64,000 bases of DNA, from NCBI GenBank assembly GCA_027008775.1, contig JALVDV010000003.1:12340-76339 (forward strand). Direction: 5' to 3'. Source of the DNA: Candidatus Moraniibacteriota bacterium. GTDB taxonomy: Bacteria; Patescibacteriota; Minisyncoccia; Moranbacterales; DUUL01. Made by a program: the position numbers and the translations under genes. The notes beneath the pieces are model-generated. The model was not told the DNA's origin. It did no database searches and saw only the letters and a program-made list of their open reading frames with translations. Positions within the stretch are counted from its first letter, which is position 1, and each line of letters opens with the position of its first letter. Positions 9,120 through 19,777 of this stretch are shown here, one piece after another.

Positions 9120-9830
9120 TTAATGAATTAAAACTTCTCTCACTTTGCCGACAAAAAAACTTTTCAATTTTTCTAAATCGATACTCTTACCAGCAATTTC
9201 TTTTCTCAACTTCGGATCTAAAATTTTTCCCTGATCCTGAAAGGCCTGCAAAACATAACGACGAGACCCGGATAACCAATCGGCTATCTCTTTAAATTCC
9301 TCTTCACTGTGCAAACCGGAAACTACCGTTGTCCTAAATTCATAATCGTCAGCCAAATCCCTAATCAGTTCAACGCTTTTTTTAATTTTTTCCAAGTTAG
9401 CTTCTACTCCGCAAACCCGGGCATAATTTTCCGGACTAGCCTTAATATCCATCGCCACATAATCCACCAATCTACTTTTCAACAACTTCCGCAACACTCC
9501 TGGTCGTGTCCCATTGGAATCCAATTTCACCGCAAAACCCAATCCCTTAACTTTTTTAATAAACTCAACCAAATTCGGTTGCAAAGTTGGCTCTCCACCG
9601 GTAATACAAATTCCATCCAACTTTCCTCTTCTCATTTCCAAAAATTCAAAAAATTCATCCATCCGTTTCTCAACTTGCTCATTACCGTGAACAGTGAAGT
9701 GTGAACTGTGAACCAATTCCGGGTTATGACAAAAAGGACAACGAAAGTTGCAACCGGGAGTAAATACGGTTGCCGCCACTTTGCCTGGATAATCTATCAA
9801 AGTCATCTTTTGCAAACCGGCTATCAACAT
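9120..9830 (-). CDS. nrdG: anaerobic ribonucleotide reductase activating protein (radical SAM)
   Basis: MLIAGLQKMTLIDYPGK, CNFRCPFC, ITGGEPT, YEFRTT. Start trimmed to ATG 9830. Confidence 0.88.
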   Translation of the reverse strand: MLIAGLQKMTLIDYPGKVAATVFTPGCNFRCPFCHNPELVHSSHFTVHGNEQVEKRMDEFFEFLEMRRGKLDGICITGGEPTLQPNLVEFIKKVKGLGFAVKLDSNGTRPGVLRKLLKSRLVDYVAMDIKASPENYARVCGVEANLEKIKKSVELIRDLADDYEFRTTVVSGLHSEEEFKEIADWLSGSRRYVLQAFQDQGKILDPKLRKEIAGKSIDLEKLKSFFVGKVREVLIH

Positions 9831-9873
9831 AAAAACAAAAACTTTAAGACTAAAATATTTTCCAACTATCGCT

Positions 9874-12453
9874 TCAAAATTCTCTTTTGTCTCTTTCCGC
9901 CTGTATCTCCATATCATCTTCCGGACCGGAAACAACATCGGCCATCTGTTCCGCTTGCACCAGAACCTCTCGAGGCTTAGAGCCATTGGCCGGACCGACA
10001 ACACCATTTTCTTCCAGCATTTCCATAATTCTGGCAGCTCTGTTATAACCAATTCTCAGAGCTCTCTGAATAAAAGAAACTGAGGCTCTACCTGATTGCA
10101 CCACCGCCTCTTTGGCCTGTTCATACAAAACATCATCAGCCGAATTTTCTCCTTCCCGCACATCACCAGAAACAACTGTTTCTTCCAGCTTTTCTTCTAA
10201 GGAATTTTTCAAACTACCATCATGTCTGAAATTCAGTTTTTGGGCTTGCTTCTTTACAAATCTGATTAATTTATTTGTCTCTTGCTCCGAAACAAAAGGA
10301 CCCTGAATTCTCACCGGTTGCGGATAACCGGGACCAATGTACAACATATCCCCATTACCCAATAATTTTTCCGCTCCCGGCGCATCTAAAATTGTCCGAG
10401 AGTCAACATTGCCTCCCACCCGAAAAGCAATTCGTCCGGGAATATTATTTTTAATTGTTCCGGTAATCACGTTGGTATCAGGTCGCTGAGTGGAAAGAAC
10501 CAAGTGTATTCCCACTGCCCGAGCCATTTGAGAAAGACGGGTAATCAAACCTTCCACCTCCTTACCATGAGTGGACATCAAGTCTGCTAACTCATCAATC
10601 ACAATAACAATATAAGGCATTCTTTCCAAAGGCTCCTCGTTTGCTTCTCCCGTTTCTTGATTTACAACTTTTCTAGTCGCGCCTTTGCCAACCTTTTCAT
10701 TGTAAGAAACAATATTTCTGGAACCAACCTCTGCCAACTTCTTATAGCGCTCATCCATTTCAATGGTGGCCCATTTTAAAACATTTACCACTTTATCCAT
10801 ATCTGTTATTACATCAGTCAACAGATGCGGGATACCACCATAAGAAGACAGTTCCACTCTTTTTGGGTCAACCAAGATTAACTGCAAGTCATCGGGAGAA
10901 TTTTTAAAAATCAATGAAGATAGAATAGCATTTACACAAACACTTTTCCCCGTATTAGTGGAACCGGCTACCAACAAATGGGGCATTTTATCCAGAGGAG
11001 CAATAACATAATTCCCGTTGACATCCTCCCCCAGAGCCATTGACAAACCGGGAGAATTCAAAAATTCTTCCCGACCAAAAATGCTACCCAGTCGCACCAT
11101 AGTCGGCTCCTTGTTAGGAACCTCAATTCCAATCAAGGAAGTCCCGGGGATAGGCGCCTCAATTCTAATGGCATAAGCCTTTAGGGCCAAGGCCAGATTG
11201 TGTTGTAAACTAACTATTTTACTGAGCATTACACCCGCCGGCGGAATAAATTGGTATTGGGTAACCGTCGGACCGATATTGTAACCGCTGGGCTCAACCT
11301 TGATGCCAAAATCCTTCAATGTCCGTTGAATCAAAGCAATATTGACTTCCGTGTCTTTGCTCCTTTTCACTCTTTTCGTTTTGGCAAAAATACTCAAGGG
11401 CGGGCGTCGCCATTTTAGCCTCGGGCGTCTTTTTGGAACAGTTGATTTTTTTTGATTTTCAGTTTTTTTCTTATCTGGCAAAGTCACATTTCCCAACATT
11501 ATTTTCTCGTCAGCCCTTTCCTCCTCCAAACCTATACTATCAAAATTATCATCTGTCATTGTGCCTTTATCTTCCAAATCTTTTTCCATTTCATCATCTT
11601 CTTCCACCACCTCCCAAGATTTGATATTGTCATCAACTTCTCTCAACTTCGCTTCTCGTCTGGCCTGTTTACTAAAAAGCCTTTTCCACCAAGGAATATT
11701 TTTATCCTCATTCTCATCCTTTTTGAAATCATTTTGACCGACTTCCTCCCCAGCAAATTCACCGTCGTCAGTCTCATCACTGCTCTTGTTCCCATGCTCA
11801 AGATCACTCTCCAGACTTAATTGCCTGAACTCGTCACCATCGTTAAACGAAGCTTCTTCCCCGCCTTCCCCACTTTCCAAGTTATCCCCTGATCTTTTCT
11901 CCTCAGAAAAAGCGCTTCGCCAAAAATCCTTCCATTTTCCCAAAAAAGTTAAGACGGGAACATTAAAAGCCAACATAAAACCTATCAGAGCAAAAACAAA
12001 AAGAGAAACAACCGTAGCTATCCGGCCGATTAATTTTACTAAAGAAAAAGCCACCGCCAGTCCGACGTAACCTCCCCCCAATCCGATTTTAGCCAACTCT
12101 TTCATTGCCCCTTCTTCATAAAAAGCATCCAGCAAGCCTAGCAAAGAAACAAACAACAAAAAACCGCCCAGTAGAACCAAATTCCTACTGGCCCCTTTTA
12201 TTTTGCGAAAATAAACCGCCCCCCAAAAAATCAAGAGAAAAGGCAAAAAATATCGCCCCCAACCGAATAAAACGGTCAAAGCTTTATCCACCCACCGCCC
12301 TACTGCGCCGGCCTGTCCAAAAAGACTGAGTGAGAAGAATAAAGCAAAAACAAACAACAAAAGTGTTGCAATATGTTTTTTAACGTCCTGCCTTAAAACC
12401 GATTTTTCTTTTCCTTTTGCCTTTTTTCTTAGTTCCCCTTTTTTCTTCTTCAT
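9874..12453 (-). CDS. ftsK: DNA translocase FtsK/SpoIIIE
   Basis: N-terminal TMs, MPHLLVAGSTNTGKS, DPKRVEL, IDELADLM, gamma domain IGYNRAAR. Confidence 0.96.
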   Translation of the reverse strand: MKKKKGELRKKAKGKEKSVLRQDVKKHIATLLLFVFALFFSLSLFGQAGAVGRWVDKALTVLFGWGRYFLPFLLIFWGAVYFRKIKGASRNLVLLGGFLLFVSLLGLLDAFYEEGAMKELAKIGLGGGYVGLAVAFSLVKLIGRIATVVSLFVFALIGFMLAFNVPVLTFLGKWKDFWRSAFSEEKRSGDNLESGEGGEEASFNDGDEFRQLSLESDLEHGNKSSDETDDGEFAGEEVGQNDFKKDENEDKNIPWWKRLFSKQARREAKLREVDDNIKSWEVVEEDDEMEKDLEDKGTMTDDNFDSIGLEEERADEKIMLGNVTLPDKKKTENQKKSTVPKRRPRLKWRRPPLSIFAKTKRVKRSKDTEVNIALIQRTLKDFGIKVEPSGYNIGPTVTQYQFIPPAGVMLSKIVSLQHNLALALKAYAIRIEAPIPGTSLIGIEVPNKEPTMVRLGSIFGREEFLNSPGLSMALGEDVNGNYVIAPLDKMPHLLVAGSTNTGKSVCVNAILSSLIFKNSPDDLQLILVDPKRVELSSYGGIPHLLTDVITDMDKVVNVLKWATIEMDERYKKLAEVGSRNIVSYNEKVGKGATRKVVNQETGEANEEPLERMPYIVIVIDELADLMSTHGKEVEGLITRLSQMARAVGIHLVLSTQRPDTNVITGTIKNNIPGRIAFRVGGNVDSRTILDAPGAEKLLGNGDMLYIGPGYPQPVRIQGPFVSEQETNKLIRFVKKQAQKLNFRHDGSLKNSLEEKLEETVVSGDVREGENSADDVLYEQAKEAVVQSGRASVSFIQRALRIGYNRAARIMEMLEENGVVGPANGSKPREVLVQAEQMADVVSGPEDDMEIQAERDKREF

Positions 12454-12624
12454 CAACTATAGTTAAAAATGAATACCAAAACGAGGCCCTTAAAAAAATA
12501 AACCCACGAAACATTATACCACATTCTCCAACTCTTGACTATTTTTTTGAAATATACTACTATGGGCAAAGTTGCTAGAAGATTGCCGGGTAATTGGCAA
12601 TTTCTAAAAATTTGTCAAAATCAC

Positions 12625-13233
12625 ATGGACCAGAAATTAATAAAATTTAACCACTCACAAAGAAAAAAGAACTTGCCCGATTTGCGCGTCGGAGATACGG
12701 TAAGAGTTCATCGCAGCATCAAAGAAGGCGACAAAGAAAGAATTCAAGTCTTTGAAGGTCTAGTTATCGCCATTAAAGGAAAGCAGAGTTCGTCTCCCAC
12801 GATTACTGTTCGCAAAGTTTCCAAAAATATCGGCGTGGAAATGATTTTTCCCATTTTTAGTCCGGTTGTCACCAAGATAGAATTGCTAAAACGTAACAAA
12901 GTCAGACGGTCTAAACTATATTATATGCGCCAGAGATTTGGTAAAGCAGCCAAGCTCAAAGTATTGGAAATATTCGGCAAAAAAGAGGATTCGGCGCAAA
13001 CGCCAACTGAAGATAAAAATGACCACAAAACATTAGAAGAGAAAGAAGATTCTTCTACAGCGGAAAAACTTGAGGAAAGCAAAACTAAAAAAGAAGAAAA
13101 ACAGGAAAAAGAAAAACCTGAAAAGAAAGAGCCCGAGAGCGAACAACAAAAGACAGAAGAAAAAAGCGATAAAAAGGAAAAGACTGAAGAAAAGAACAAA
13201 AAAGAAAAAGAAGTAAAAAAAGAAGAGAAGTAA
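12625..13233 (+). CDS. rplS: 50S ribosomal protein L19 with long K/E-rich C-terminal tail
   Basis: GDTVRV, RIQVFEGLVIA, KVRRSKLYYMR. Confidence 0.95.
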   Translation: MDQKLIKFNHSQRKKNLPDLRVGDTVRVHRSIKEGDKERIQVFEGLVIAIKGKQSSSPTITVRKVSKNIGVEMIFPIFSPVVTKIELLKRNKVRRSKLYYMRQRFGKAAKLKVLEIFGKKEDSAQTPTEDKNDHKTLEEKEDSSTAEKLEESKTKKEEKQEKEKPEKKEPESEQQKTEEKSDKKEKTEEKNKKEKEVKKEEK

Positions 13234-13245
13234 GATTAAAATTCG

Positions 13246-13328
13246 GCCCCGGTGGTGGAATTGGTATACACACACGGTTGAGGGCCGTGGTCCTTTCGGA
13301 CATAAGGGTTCAAGTCCCTTTCGGGGCA
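13246..13328 (+). tRNA. tRNA-Leu(GAG)
   Basis: CACGG-TTGAGGG-CCGTG anticodon arm, long variable arm, GGTTCAAGTCC. Confidence 0.93.
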
Positions 13329-13334
13329 CTGTCC

Positions 13335-13412
13335 GGACGCTTAGCTCAGCTGGTTCAGAGCACCTCGTTTACACCGAGGGGGTCGGGGGTTCGAATCCCT
13401 CAGCGTCCACCA
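13335..13412 (+). tRNA. tRNA-Val(TAC)
   Basis: GGACGCT/AGCGTCC acceptor, CCTCG-TTTACAC-CGAGG, encoded CCA. Confidence 0.95.
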
Positions 13413-13415
13413 AAC

Positions 13416-13454
13416 AAAAAACAACCGGCGAATTAGATCCGTCGGTTGTTTTTT
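13416..13454. terminator. bidirectional terminator between convergent tRNAs
   Basis: AAAAAACAACCGGCG / CGTCGGTTGTTTTTT. Confidence 0.8.
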
Positions 13455-13500
13455 GTTGCCCACCACCTATCCCTCTTCATCCTTCGTTTACCAACTTTTG

Positions 13501-13573
13501 TCGGGGCACTGGGATTCGAACCCAGTCTACACGGTCCCAAACCGTGCGTGCTAGCCGTTGACACCATGCCCCG
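13501..13573 (-). tRNA. tRNA-Pro(TGG)
   Basis: CGGGGCA/TGCCCCG acceptor, CACGG-TTTGGGA-CCGTG. Confidence 0.94.
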
Positions 13574-13651
13574 CGCAAAAACAGCTCTCACTATTATAAA
13601 GTTTTTCAAGTAAAAGTCAAACAAACTTCAACGATTCATTCTTCGCTCACT

Positions 13652-14356
13652 TCACTGACTTAAAAACTTTTTCACAAATTTTTCCGCCTCAACCAAAGCA
13701 TCCGGTGTACCAACCGGTTGCCAATGAGAAGCCAGAACTACCTTAGTTTTTCTTTGGGGATACATTTTAGCCAAAGTCTGTGGTAAACCAAATTCTTTTT
13801 TTGAAATAGTCACCGGCGAAATATTAAAATAATCTTGACCTAAAACATAGGCCCCCGTGTTCAACAAAATTTCCTTTCTAGAAGAAACCTTTTCTCTAAC
13901 CGCCCGCAAATAACCTTTTTCATCCACCTCTATTACACCGGACTGAAAATTATTTTTGGTCTCAATAGCCAGAACGGCCTGTTTGTATTTCATCAATTTC
14001 TCCAAATCTTTCTGCAAATACAGATCGTCACCCATCAAAACCAAAAACCTTCCTTTCACTAAATCTTTCACCAGAGAAACGGCTCCGGCTGTCCCATTTA
14101 AATCTTTTTGCCAAACATAATATACCTTTCTGCCCTCAAAATAATTCCCAAAAAATTTTTTGATAATCTCTCCCTTGTAAGAGACCACCAAAAAAACTTC
14201 TTTCACTTCTTTCGGCAAAGAACGAAAGCTGTAAACTAATTTTGGTCGGCCAGCTATTTCTAGCATCGGCTTTGGAATTTCCTCGGTTAAACTGCCCATT
14301 CTCGTTCCCCGACCAGCCGCCAAAATAACTGCCTGTTTCACATTACTCTTTTCCAT
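13652..14356 (-). CDS. sugar-phosphate nucleotidyltransferase family protein
   Basis: AVILAAGRGTR, PKPML, GTAGA, MGDD. Start trimmed to ATG 14356. Confidence 0.9.
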   Translation of the reverse strand: MEKSNVKQAVILAAGRGTRMGSLTEEIPKPMLEIAGRPKLVYSFRSLPKEVKEVFLVVSYKGEIIKKFFGNYFEGRKVYYVWQKDLNGTAGAVSLVKDLVKGRFLVLMGDDLYLQKDLEKLMKYKQAVLAIETKNNFQSGVIEVDEKGYLRAVREKVSSRKEILLNTGAYVLGQDYFNISPVTISKKEFGLPQTLAKMYPQRKTKVVLASHWQPVGTPDALVEAEKFVKKFLSQ

Positions 14357-14478
14357 AAAATTATTTAAGAAATTTATTCCTTCTAAAAACTTAACAAACA
14401 AATACAAATAAGCGCATAACTCCACACAAACGAACAATCTTACTTCCTCAAATACAACGCAAACATACAATGATCAAA

Positions 14479-14558
14479 CAATAGAGCAATAAAGCAATGG
14501 AATAATGGAGCAATAGAGCAATGAAACAATAAAACAATACAACAACATAATAATACAA
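14479..14558. repeat. degenerate 8-bp tandem repeat (CAATRRAR), about 10 units
   Basis: caatagag caataaag caatggaa taatggag caatagag caatgaaa caataaaa caatacaa. Confidence 0.8.
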
Positions 14559-14613
14559 TTAACACAACACCATCAAGCCAAAAATCATCTGGCAAATCTA
14601 TCCATACTTCCCA

Positions 14614-14643
14614 ATACTACCATATTACGTAATATGGTAGTAT
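14614..14643. promoter_or_regulatory. perfect 30-bp palindrome ATACTACCATATTACGTAATATGGTAGTAT
   Basis: Identical to the site at 46396-46425. Confidence 0.85.
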
Positions 14644-14976
14644 AAAAACAAATTTGAAGTGTAGAGCGGGTCTGGAGTGTAAAACAAATTTGAACACCCC
14701 ACCTCTGTAAAAAAGAAATAAATATCAAATTGAATAAATCAAATATATAAAATTAAAAAGCCATTTCATTTGATTCCTGTCAAATCTCTCATTTAACTTT
14801 CTTATTCCACGCCATCTTGACCCCCGATTCACACACTCGCCAAACACGAAACTCACAAAACACTATTCCCCCAAAACAAACCGACAAACAGATAAAATCA
14901 TTGAAACAAAACAATAAATATGTTAGAATGAGTCAGTAAAACAGTAAAACTCTCTCTAAAAAATAGTCAAAAAAAT

Positions 14977-15627
14977 ATGCAAATCACTTGGTACGGTCAA
15001 AGATGTTTCAAAATACAAACCAAGCCAAAACGAGGCGAAAAGGCGGTTACCATTATCACCGACCCTTTCATCAATGACATTGGCTTACGCCCTCCGCAAG
15101 GACAGAGTGATATCATCACTTTTTCCACTGTTACCCTGGCCGAAAAACAAAAGAAAAACAAAAAAAATCAAGCCTTTATTATAGATTCTGCCGGAGAATA
15201 CAGTCTAAAAGGAGTTACCATTGAAGGAATAGAATCTTTTCAAGATGAGCAAGAATTGAAAGGCGCCGGTCGCAATAACATTTTTGTCATTAAAAGCGAA
15301 GATATCAGCCTCTGTCACTTGGGACAACTGGGAGAAGATCTTACAGAGAAGCAAATTGAAACTATCGGAGCGGTAGATGTCTTGATGATTCCGGTCGGAC
15401 GACAGTTGTCAATCAAAAAAATAAAAAACATAATCGGTCAATTGGAGCCAGCCATTATTATTCCAATGGATTACAAGATTAAAGGACTTCAAGAAAAAGT
15501 GGAAAGCTGTGATACTTTTTGCCAAGAATTTGGTGGCAACCAAAAGGAAGCTCGTGACAAACTCAGTCTCAAAGCAAATGACCTCAAAGATTTGGAAAAC
15601 AATGTTGTAATCCTAAAGAGAAGCTAA
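14977..15627 (+). CDS. MBL-fold (lactamase_B_3-like) protein with degenerate metal ligands
   Basis: MQITWYG..CF, TDPF, GEY, HLG.LG, DVLMIPVG, IIPM.Y pattern. Confidence 0.8.
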   Translation: MQITWYGQRCFKIQTKPKRGEKAVTIITDPFINDIGLRPPQGQSDIITFSTVTLAEKQKKNKKNQAFIIDSAGEYSLKGVTIEGIESFQDEQELKGAGRNNIFVIKSEDISLCHLGQLGEDLTEKQIETIGAVDVLMIPVGRQLSIKKIKNIIGQLEPAIIIPMDYKIKGLQEKVESCDTFCQEFGGNQKEARDKLSLKANDLKDLENNVVILKRS

Positions 15628-15661
15628 AGGACAATAATTTAGTAAACCACCTCAAAAGATT

Positions 15662-15895
15662 ATGTATAAAAAAATATTGGAAAAACCGGAAAGTTATCGT
15701 CGCAAACTGGCTATCATTCTAACCGCCGTTATTGGAATATTGATTTTTGCCATTTGGCTATTCATCACTCAATTCCAACTCCGACAATCAATAGAACGAG
15801 AACCTGTCACCGGCCCCAGCGACTTGGAAGAATTTGAAAAAAGTTTACCTAATATATCAACAAATAATAACTCCGACAAAAAACCGGTCAACTAA
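15662..15895 (+). CDS. small single-TM protein
   Basis: Fills the gap before gyrA; one hydrophobic helix. Confidence 0.7.
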   Translation: MYKKILEKPESYRRKLAIILTAVIGILIFAIWLFITQFQLRQSIEREPVTGPSDLEEFEKSLPNISTNNNSDKKPVN

Positions 15896-15907
15896 ACAAC
15901 AATAGAA

Positions 15908-18385
15908 ATGAAAAGAAAAAATCAACAAATCACCAAGGAGGAAGAACAAAATAATATCGGTCGTTTACAAGACCGTCCCATCGTCCAGGAAATGGAAGAA
16001 TCCTACCTCTCCTACGCTATGAGTGTGATTGTCTCCCGTGCTCTGCCTGATGTTCGCGACGGTCTTAAACCGGTGCAACGCCGTATTCTCTACGCTATGT
16101 GGAAGCTCGGCCTAAAACACAATGTCAAATACCGTAAATCGGCCACTGTTGTCGGTGAAGTGTTGGGAAAATATCACCCTCACGGCGACTCAGCTGTTTA
16201 TGAAGCTATGGTCAGAATGGCTCAAGATTTCTCCCTGCGCTACCCACTCATTGACGGTCAGGGAAATTTTGGTTCTATGGACGGAGACGGTGCCGCCGCC
16301 ATGCGTTACACCGAAGCCAGATTGAGCGCCATCGCCGAAGAAATGTTGTACGATATTGAAAAGGATACGGTTGAGTGGGTTGATAACTATGACGGCACCC
16401 GCAAAGAACCGGTTTTCCTCCCGGCCAAATTACCCCAGCTTTTACTCAATGGCACAATGGGTATTGCTGTTGGTATGGCCACTAACATTCCGCCCCACAA
16501 CTTGGAAGAAGTGGTTGACGGACTGGTTCATCTCATTGAGAAACCCAGCAGTTCCATTGAGGAATTAACTAAATTTATCCAAGGTCCCGACTTCCCCACC
16601 GCCGGTATTATTTATAACAAAAAAGATATTTTGGAAGCCTATCAAACCGGCAAAGGGGGGATCGTAACCCGCGCCAAGGCTGACATCGTGGAAAATTCCA
16701 AAGGAATGTTTTCTATTATCATCAGCGAACTAACCTACCAAACCAACAAAGCCACCCTTATCCAAAAATTGGCCAACTTGGTTAAAGAGGGAAAAATTCA
16801 AGGAATAAAAGACATTCGTGATGAATCGGACCGTGACGGAGTTAGAATAGTCATTGACCTAAAGAAAGAAGCTTTTCCCAAAAAAATCCTCAATATTCTT
16901 TACAAAACCACCGAATTGCAAAAAACTTTCCACCTAAATATGCTGGCTCTCGTTAACGGACTGGAACCGCGCATTCTCAATTTAAAATCAATCTTGGAGG
17001 AGTATTTAAATCATCGCAAAAACGTAGTTACTCGTCGCACTCAATTTGAATTGAACAAAGCCAAGGAAAGAGCTCATATTCTGGAAGGATTGAAAATAGC
17101 CTTGGATAATATCAATGAAGTTATCAAAACAATCAAAAGGTCAAAAACCAAAGAATTGGCTCACCAAAATCTGCGCAAGAAGTTCAAACTCTCCGACCGT
17201 CAAGCCGAAGCCATTTTGGAGATGAAATTGCAAACACTGGCCGGCCTGGAAAGAAAAAAGATTGAGGATGAATTGAAAGAAAAATTGGCTTTGATTAAAA
17301 AATTGGAAGCCATTCTTAAGAGTCCCCGCAAAATACTCAATATCATCAAAAAAGAATTACTGGAACTCAAGAAAAAATATCCCTCCCCCCGTCGTACCAA
17401 AGTTATAAAGGGAGCCGTCGGCGATTTTTCCCAGGAAGACTTAATTGTCAACGAAGAAACAATTATCAGCATGACAGAAGATGGCTACATTAAAAGACTG
17501 CCGGCCAATGTTTTCCGCACCCAAAAAAGAGGTGGCAAAGGAGTAATGGGTGGAAACATCAAAGAGGGTGACGCCGTAGACAAAGTTTTGGGCGCTATGA
17601 CTCACGACACTCTATTCTTTTTTACCGACACCGGTAAAGTTTTCGCGCTCAAAGCCTACGAGATTCCGGTCAGCTCCCGCACCGCCAAGGGACAATCGGT
17701 TGTCAACTTTTTACAAATAGACCCTCAAGAAAAAATTACCTCTCTCTTGGCCATCCCCAAAGACAGTCAAGCGAAATTTATGGTCATGCAAACCACTCAA
17801 GGCAAAATCAAAAAAACCGCTCTAAAAGATTTTGAAAAAGTTCGTCGCAACGGCTTGATCGCCATCAAGCTTTCCAAAGGTGATACTTTGGAATGGGTGC
17901 AAACCACCTCCGGCCAAGACAGTATTATTATCACCACCAAAAACGGTCAAGCCATTCATTTTAACGAAACTCAAGTCAGACCGATGGGCCGAGCGGCCGC
18001 CGGTGTCAAAGCCATTCGTCTCAAAAAAGACGATCAAGTGGTCGGTATGAACATCGTTCGCAAAGAATACAAAAAACCGCAACTTCTGGTCGTTACCGAA
18101 AACGGCTACAGCAAAAGAACACCCATCAGTAAGTACAAAAAACAAACCCGCAGTGGTTCCGGTCTAAAGACTTTAAAAGTTACTCCCAAAGTCGGACACT
18201 TGGTTTCCAGTCGCGTTATTGAAGAAAAAGAAGCAGACACAAAAACTTTAATAGCCAGTTCCAACAAGGGACAAATTATCCGCACCCCCATCAAATCCAT
18301 CTCTGTTTTGGGACGCGCCACCCAAGGTGTCAAAATAATGAATCTCAAAAAAGGTGAAAAAATTTCCGCCGTAGCTGTTCTGTAA
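15908..18385 (+). CDS. gyrA: DNA gyrase subunit A
   Basis: [29 protein letters not shown], GyrA-box QKRGGKG. Confidence 0.98.
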   Translation: MKRKNQQITKEEEQNNIGRLQDRPIVQEMEESYLSYAMSVIVSRALPDVRDGLKPVQRRILYAMWKLGLKHNVKYRKSATVVGEVLGKYHPHGDSAVYEAMVRMAQDFSLRYPLIDGQGNFGSMDGDGAAAMRYTEARLSAIAEEMLYDIEKDTVEWVDNYDGTRKEPVFLPAKLPQLLLNGTMGIAVGMATNIPPHNLEEVVDGLVHLIEKPSSSIEELTKFIQGPDFPTAGIIYNKKDILEAYQTGKGGIVTRAKADIVENSKGMFSIIISELTYQTNKATLIQKLANLVKEGKIQGIKDIRDESDRDGVRIVIDLKKEAFPKKILNILYKTTELQKTFHLNMLALVNGLEPRILNLKSILEEYLNHRKNVVTRRTQFELNKAKERAHILEGLKIALDNINEVIKTIKRSKTKELAHQNLRKKFKLSDRQAEAILEMKLQTLAGLERKKIEDELKEKLALIKKLEAILKSPRKILNIIKKELLELKKKYPSPRRTKVIKGAVGDFSQEDLIVNEETIISMTEDGYIKRLPANVFRTQKRGGKGVMGGNIKEGDAVDKVLGAMTHDTLFFFTDTGKVFALKAYEIPVSSRTAKGQSVVNFLQIDPQEKITSLLAIPKDSQAKFMVMQTTQGKIKKTALKDFEKVRRNGLIAIKLSKGDTLEWVQTTSGQDSIIITTKNGQAIHFNETQVRPMGRAAAGVKAIRLKKDDQVVGMNIVRKEYKKPQLLVVTENGYSKRTPISKYKKQTRSGSGLKTLKVTPKVGHLVSSRVIEEKEADTKTLIASSNKGQIIRTPIKSISVLGRATQGVKIMNLKKGEKISAVAVL

Positions 18386-18469
18386 AAAACTCTCCCACAT
18401 TACTCTGATAATCCCTCAGACCAACAAAAGCCTCATTTAATAAAGCCAACAAATCACTTCTCCAACTAA

Positions 18470-18506
18470 AAAACAGGTTGCAATGTATTAATTGCCAACC
18501 TGTTTT
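18470..18506. terminator. bidirectional terminator between gyrA and the dsrC-like gene
   Basis: AAAACAGGTTG / CAACCTGTTTT. Confidence 0.75.
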
Positions 18507-18526
18507 GATATCCCCTCAATAAGACA

Positions 18527-18853
18527 TCAGGGGCAGTTCAGCACGAAACCTTTCGGTTCCGGTAAACCGGCCATTTTACAGGCCAGTTTGATCCCTCCGG
18601 GGAATAATTTTTTAAATTCATCATCGTCAAGCTCAAAAACTTGTAGGAGAGAAATATATGCAGGAATCATCTGTGTGTTCTGATAGGTGTGCCGTAACCA
18701 ATATATTATATTCCAATGTCGCTCCGTCAAAAATATATCGCAGACAACGGCAATAAATTGGGCCCAGTCTTCCACCCACTGACAATCATCAATAAGGTAC
18801 AATTTTTTATTAGTTTTAAAAACTACCCCACTGATTTTAACCTCAATAACCAT
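18527..18853 (-). CDS. DsrC/TusE family sulfur-relay-like protein
   Basis: LTERHW.II..LR, LFPGG..LACKMAGLPEP, penultimate Cys; GGGAGG SD. Confidence 0.8.
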   Translation of the reverse strand: MVIEVKISGVVFKTNKKLYLIDDCQWVEDWAQFIAVVCDIFLTERHWNIIYWLRHTYQNTQMIPAYISLLQVFELDDDEFKKLFPGGIKLACKMAGLPEPKGFVLNCP

Positions 18854-19007
18854 TTCGGTTCCTCCCTTCTTTTTTGTATTTCTGAAGAACTAAATCACCA
18901 ACATTATAAACAAAAACACAAAAAAGTAAAACTAAAACTAGAAAATCACCCAAAAGAAAACCGGCCAGGAGCCGGTTTGTAAAAATACAAAATCAACGCT
19001 CAAAAAA

Positions 19008-19469
19008 CTACCGACTGATTTTAATAATTTTATGCGCAACCGTTCGCCCATTCGGCAAAGTCATCTCCACTTCCTCACCCTTTTTCTTTCCTAGCAGGCA
19101 AGCCCCCAAAGGCGATTCATTGGAAATCAAACCGTTAGCCGGATCCGCTTCATTGGCGCCCACAATCGTAAAAACACTCTTGGTTCCATTTGTTTCCACT
19201 TCCACCACGCAACCGATTTTCACCACATTGATTGAATTATCCTCCTCCACCACTTCTGATGTCCTAATGATATTTTCCAATTCCATAATTCGTCCTTCAT
19301 TCTCTCTTTGCTGTCTCTTAGCTTCAATATACTCAGCGTTTTCACTTAAATCGCCTTGTTCTTTGGCTTCTTTTATGGCCTGAGCGATTGCCCTTCGTCT
19401 TGATAATTTGCGCTCGTCCAATTCTTTCTTTAATTTTTCAAATCCTTTTTTAGTTAAATATTTCATCAT
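19008..19469 (-). CDS. greA: transcription elongation factor GreA
   Basis: GDLSENAEY, ISNESPLG. Confidence 0.96.
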   Translation of the reverse strand: MMKYLTKKGFEKLKKELDERKLSRRRAIAQAIKEAKEQGDLSENAEYIEAKRQQRENEGRIMELENIIRTSEVVEEDNSINVVKIGCVVEVETNGTKSVFTIVGANEADPANGLISNESPLGACLLGKKKGEEVEMTLPNGRTVAHKIIKISR

Positions 19470-19545
19470 TTTTTGTATTTACAGAGCCTTCAAATTAAGC
19501 AAAAACTTAATTAAAACTCGTCGTTAAAGATTAATTCCGTTTTAT

Positions 19546-19620
19546 TGGTAGCCCGTAGGGGAATCGAACCCCTGTTACCAGGATGAAAACCTGGCGTCCT
19601 AACCACTAGACGAACGGGCC
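19546..19620 (-). tRNA. tRNA-Glu(TTC)
   Basis: CCAGG-TTTTCAT-CCTGG anticodon arm, encoded CCA. Confidence 0.95.
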
Positions 19621-19777
19621 ATTAATTCATTTTCTCCCTAAAAAACACAAAAAACCATCAAAATAGACAGACTTATACTACCCGAAAAACAAATTTTGTC
19701 AACCACCGACCCAAAGCGGAACTTGAAAAGATTCCAAAGTAAAAACTTAGACACTGTCAAAAGCCAAATAAACAAAT

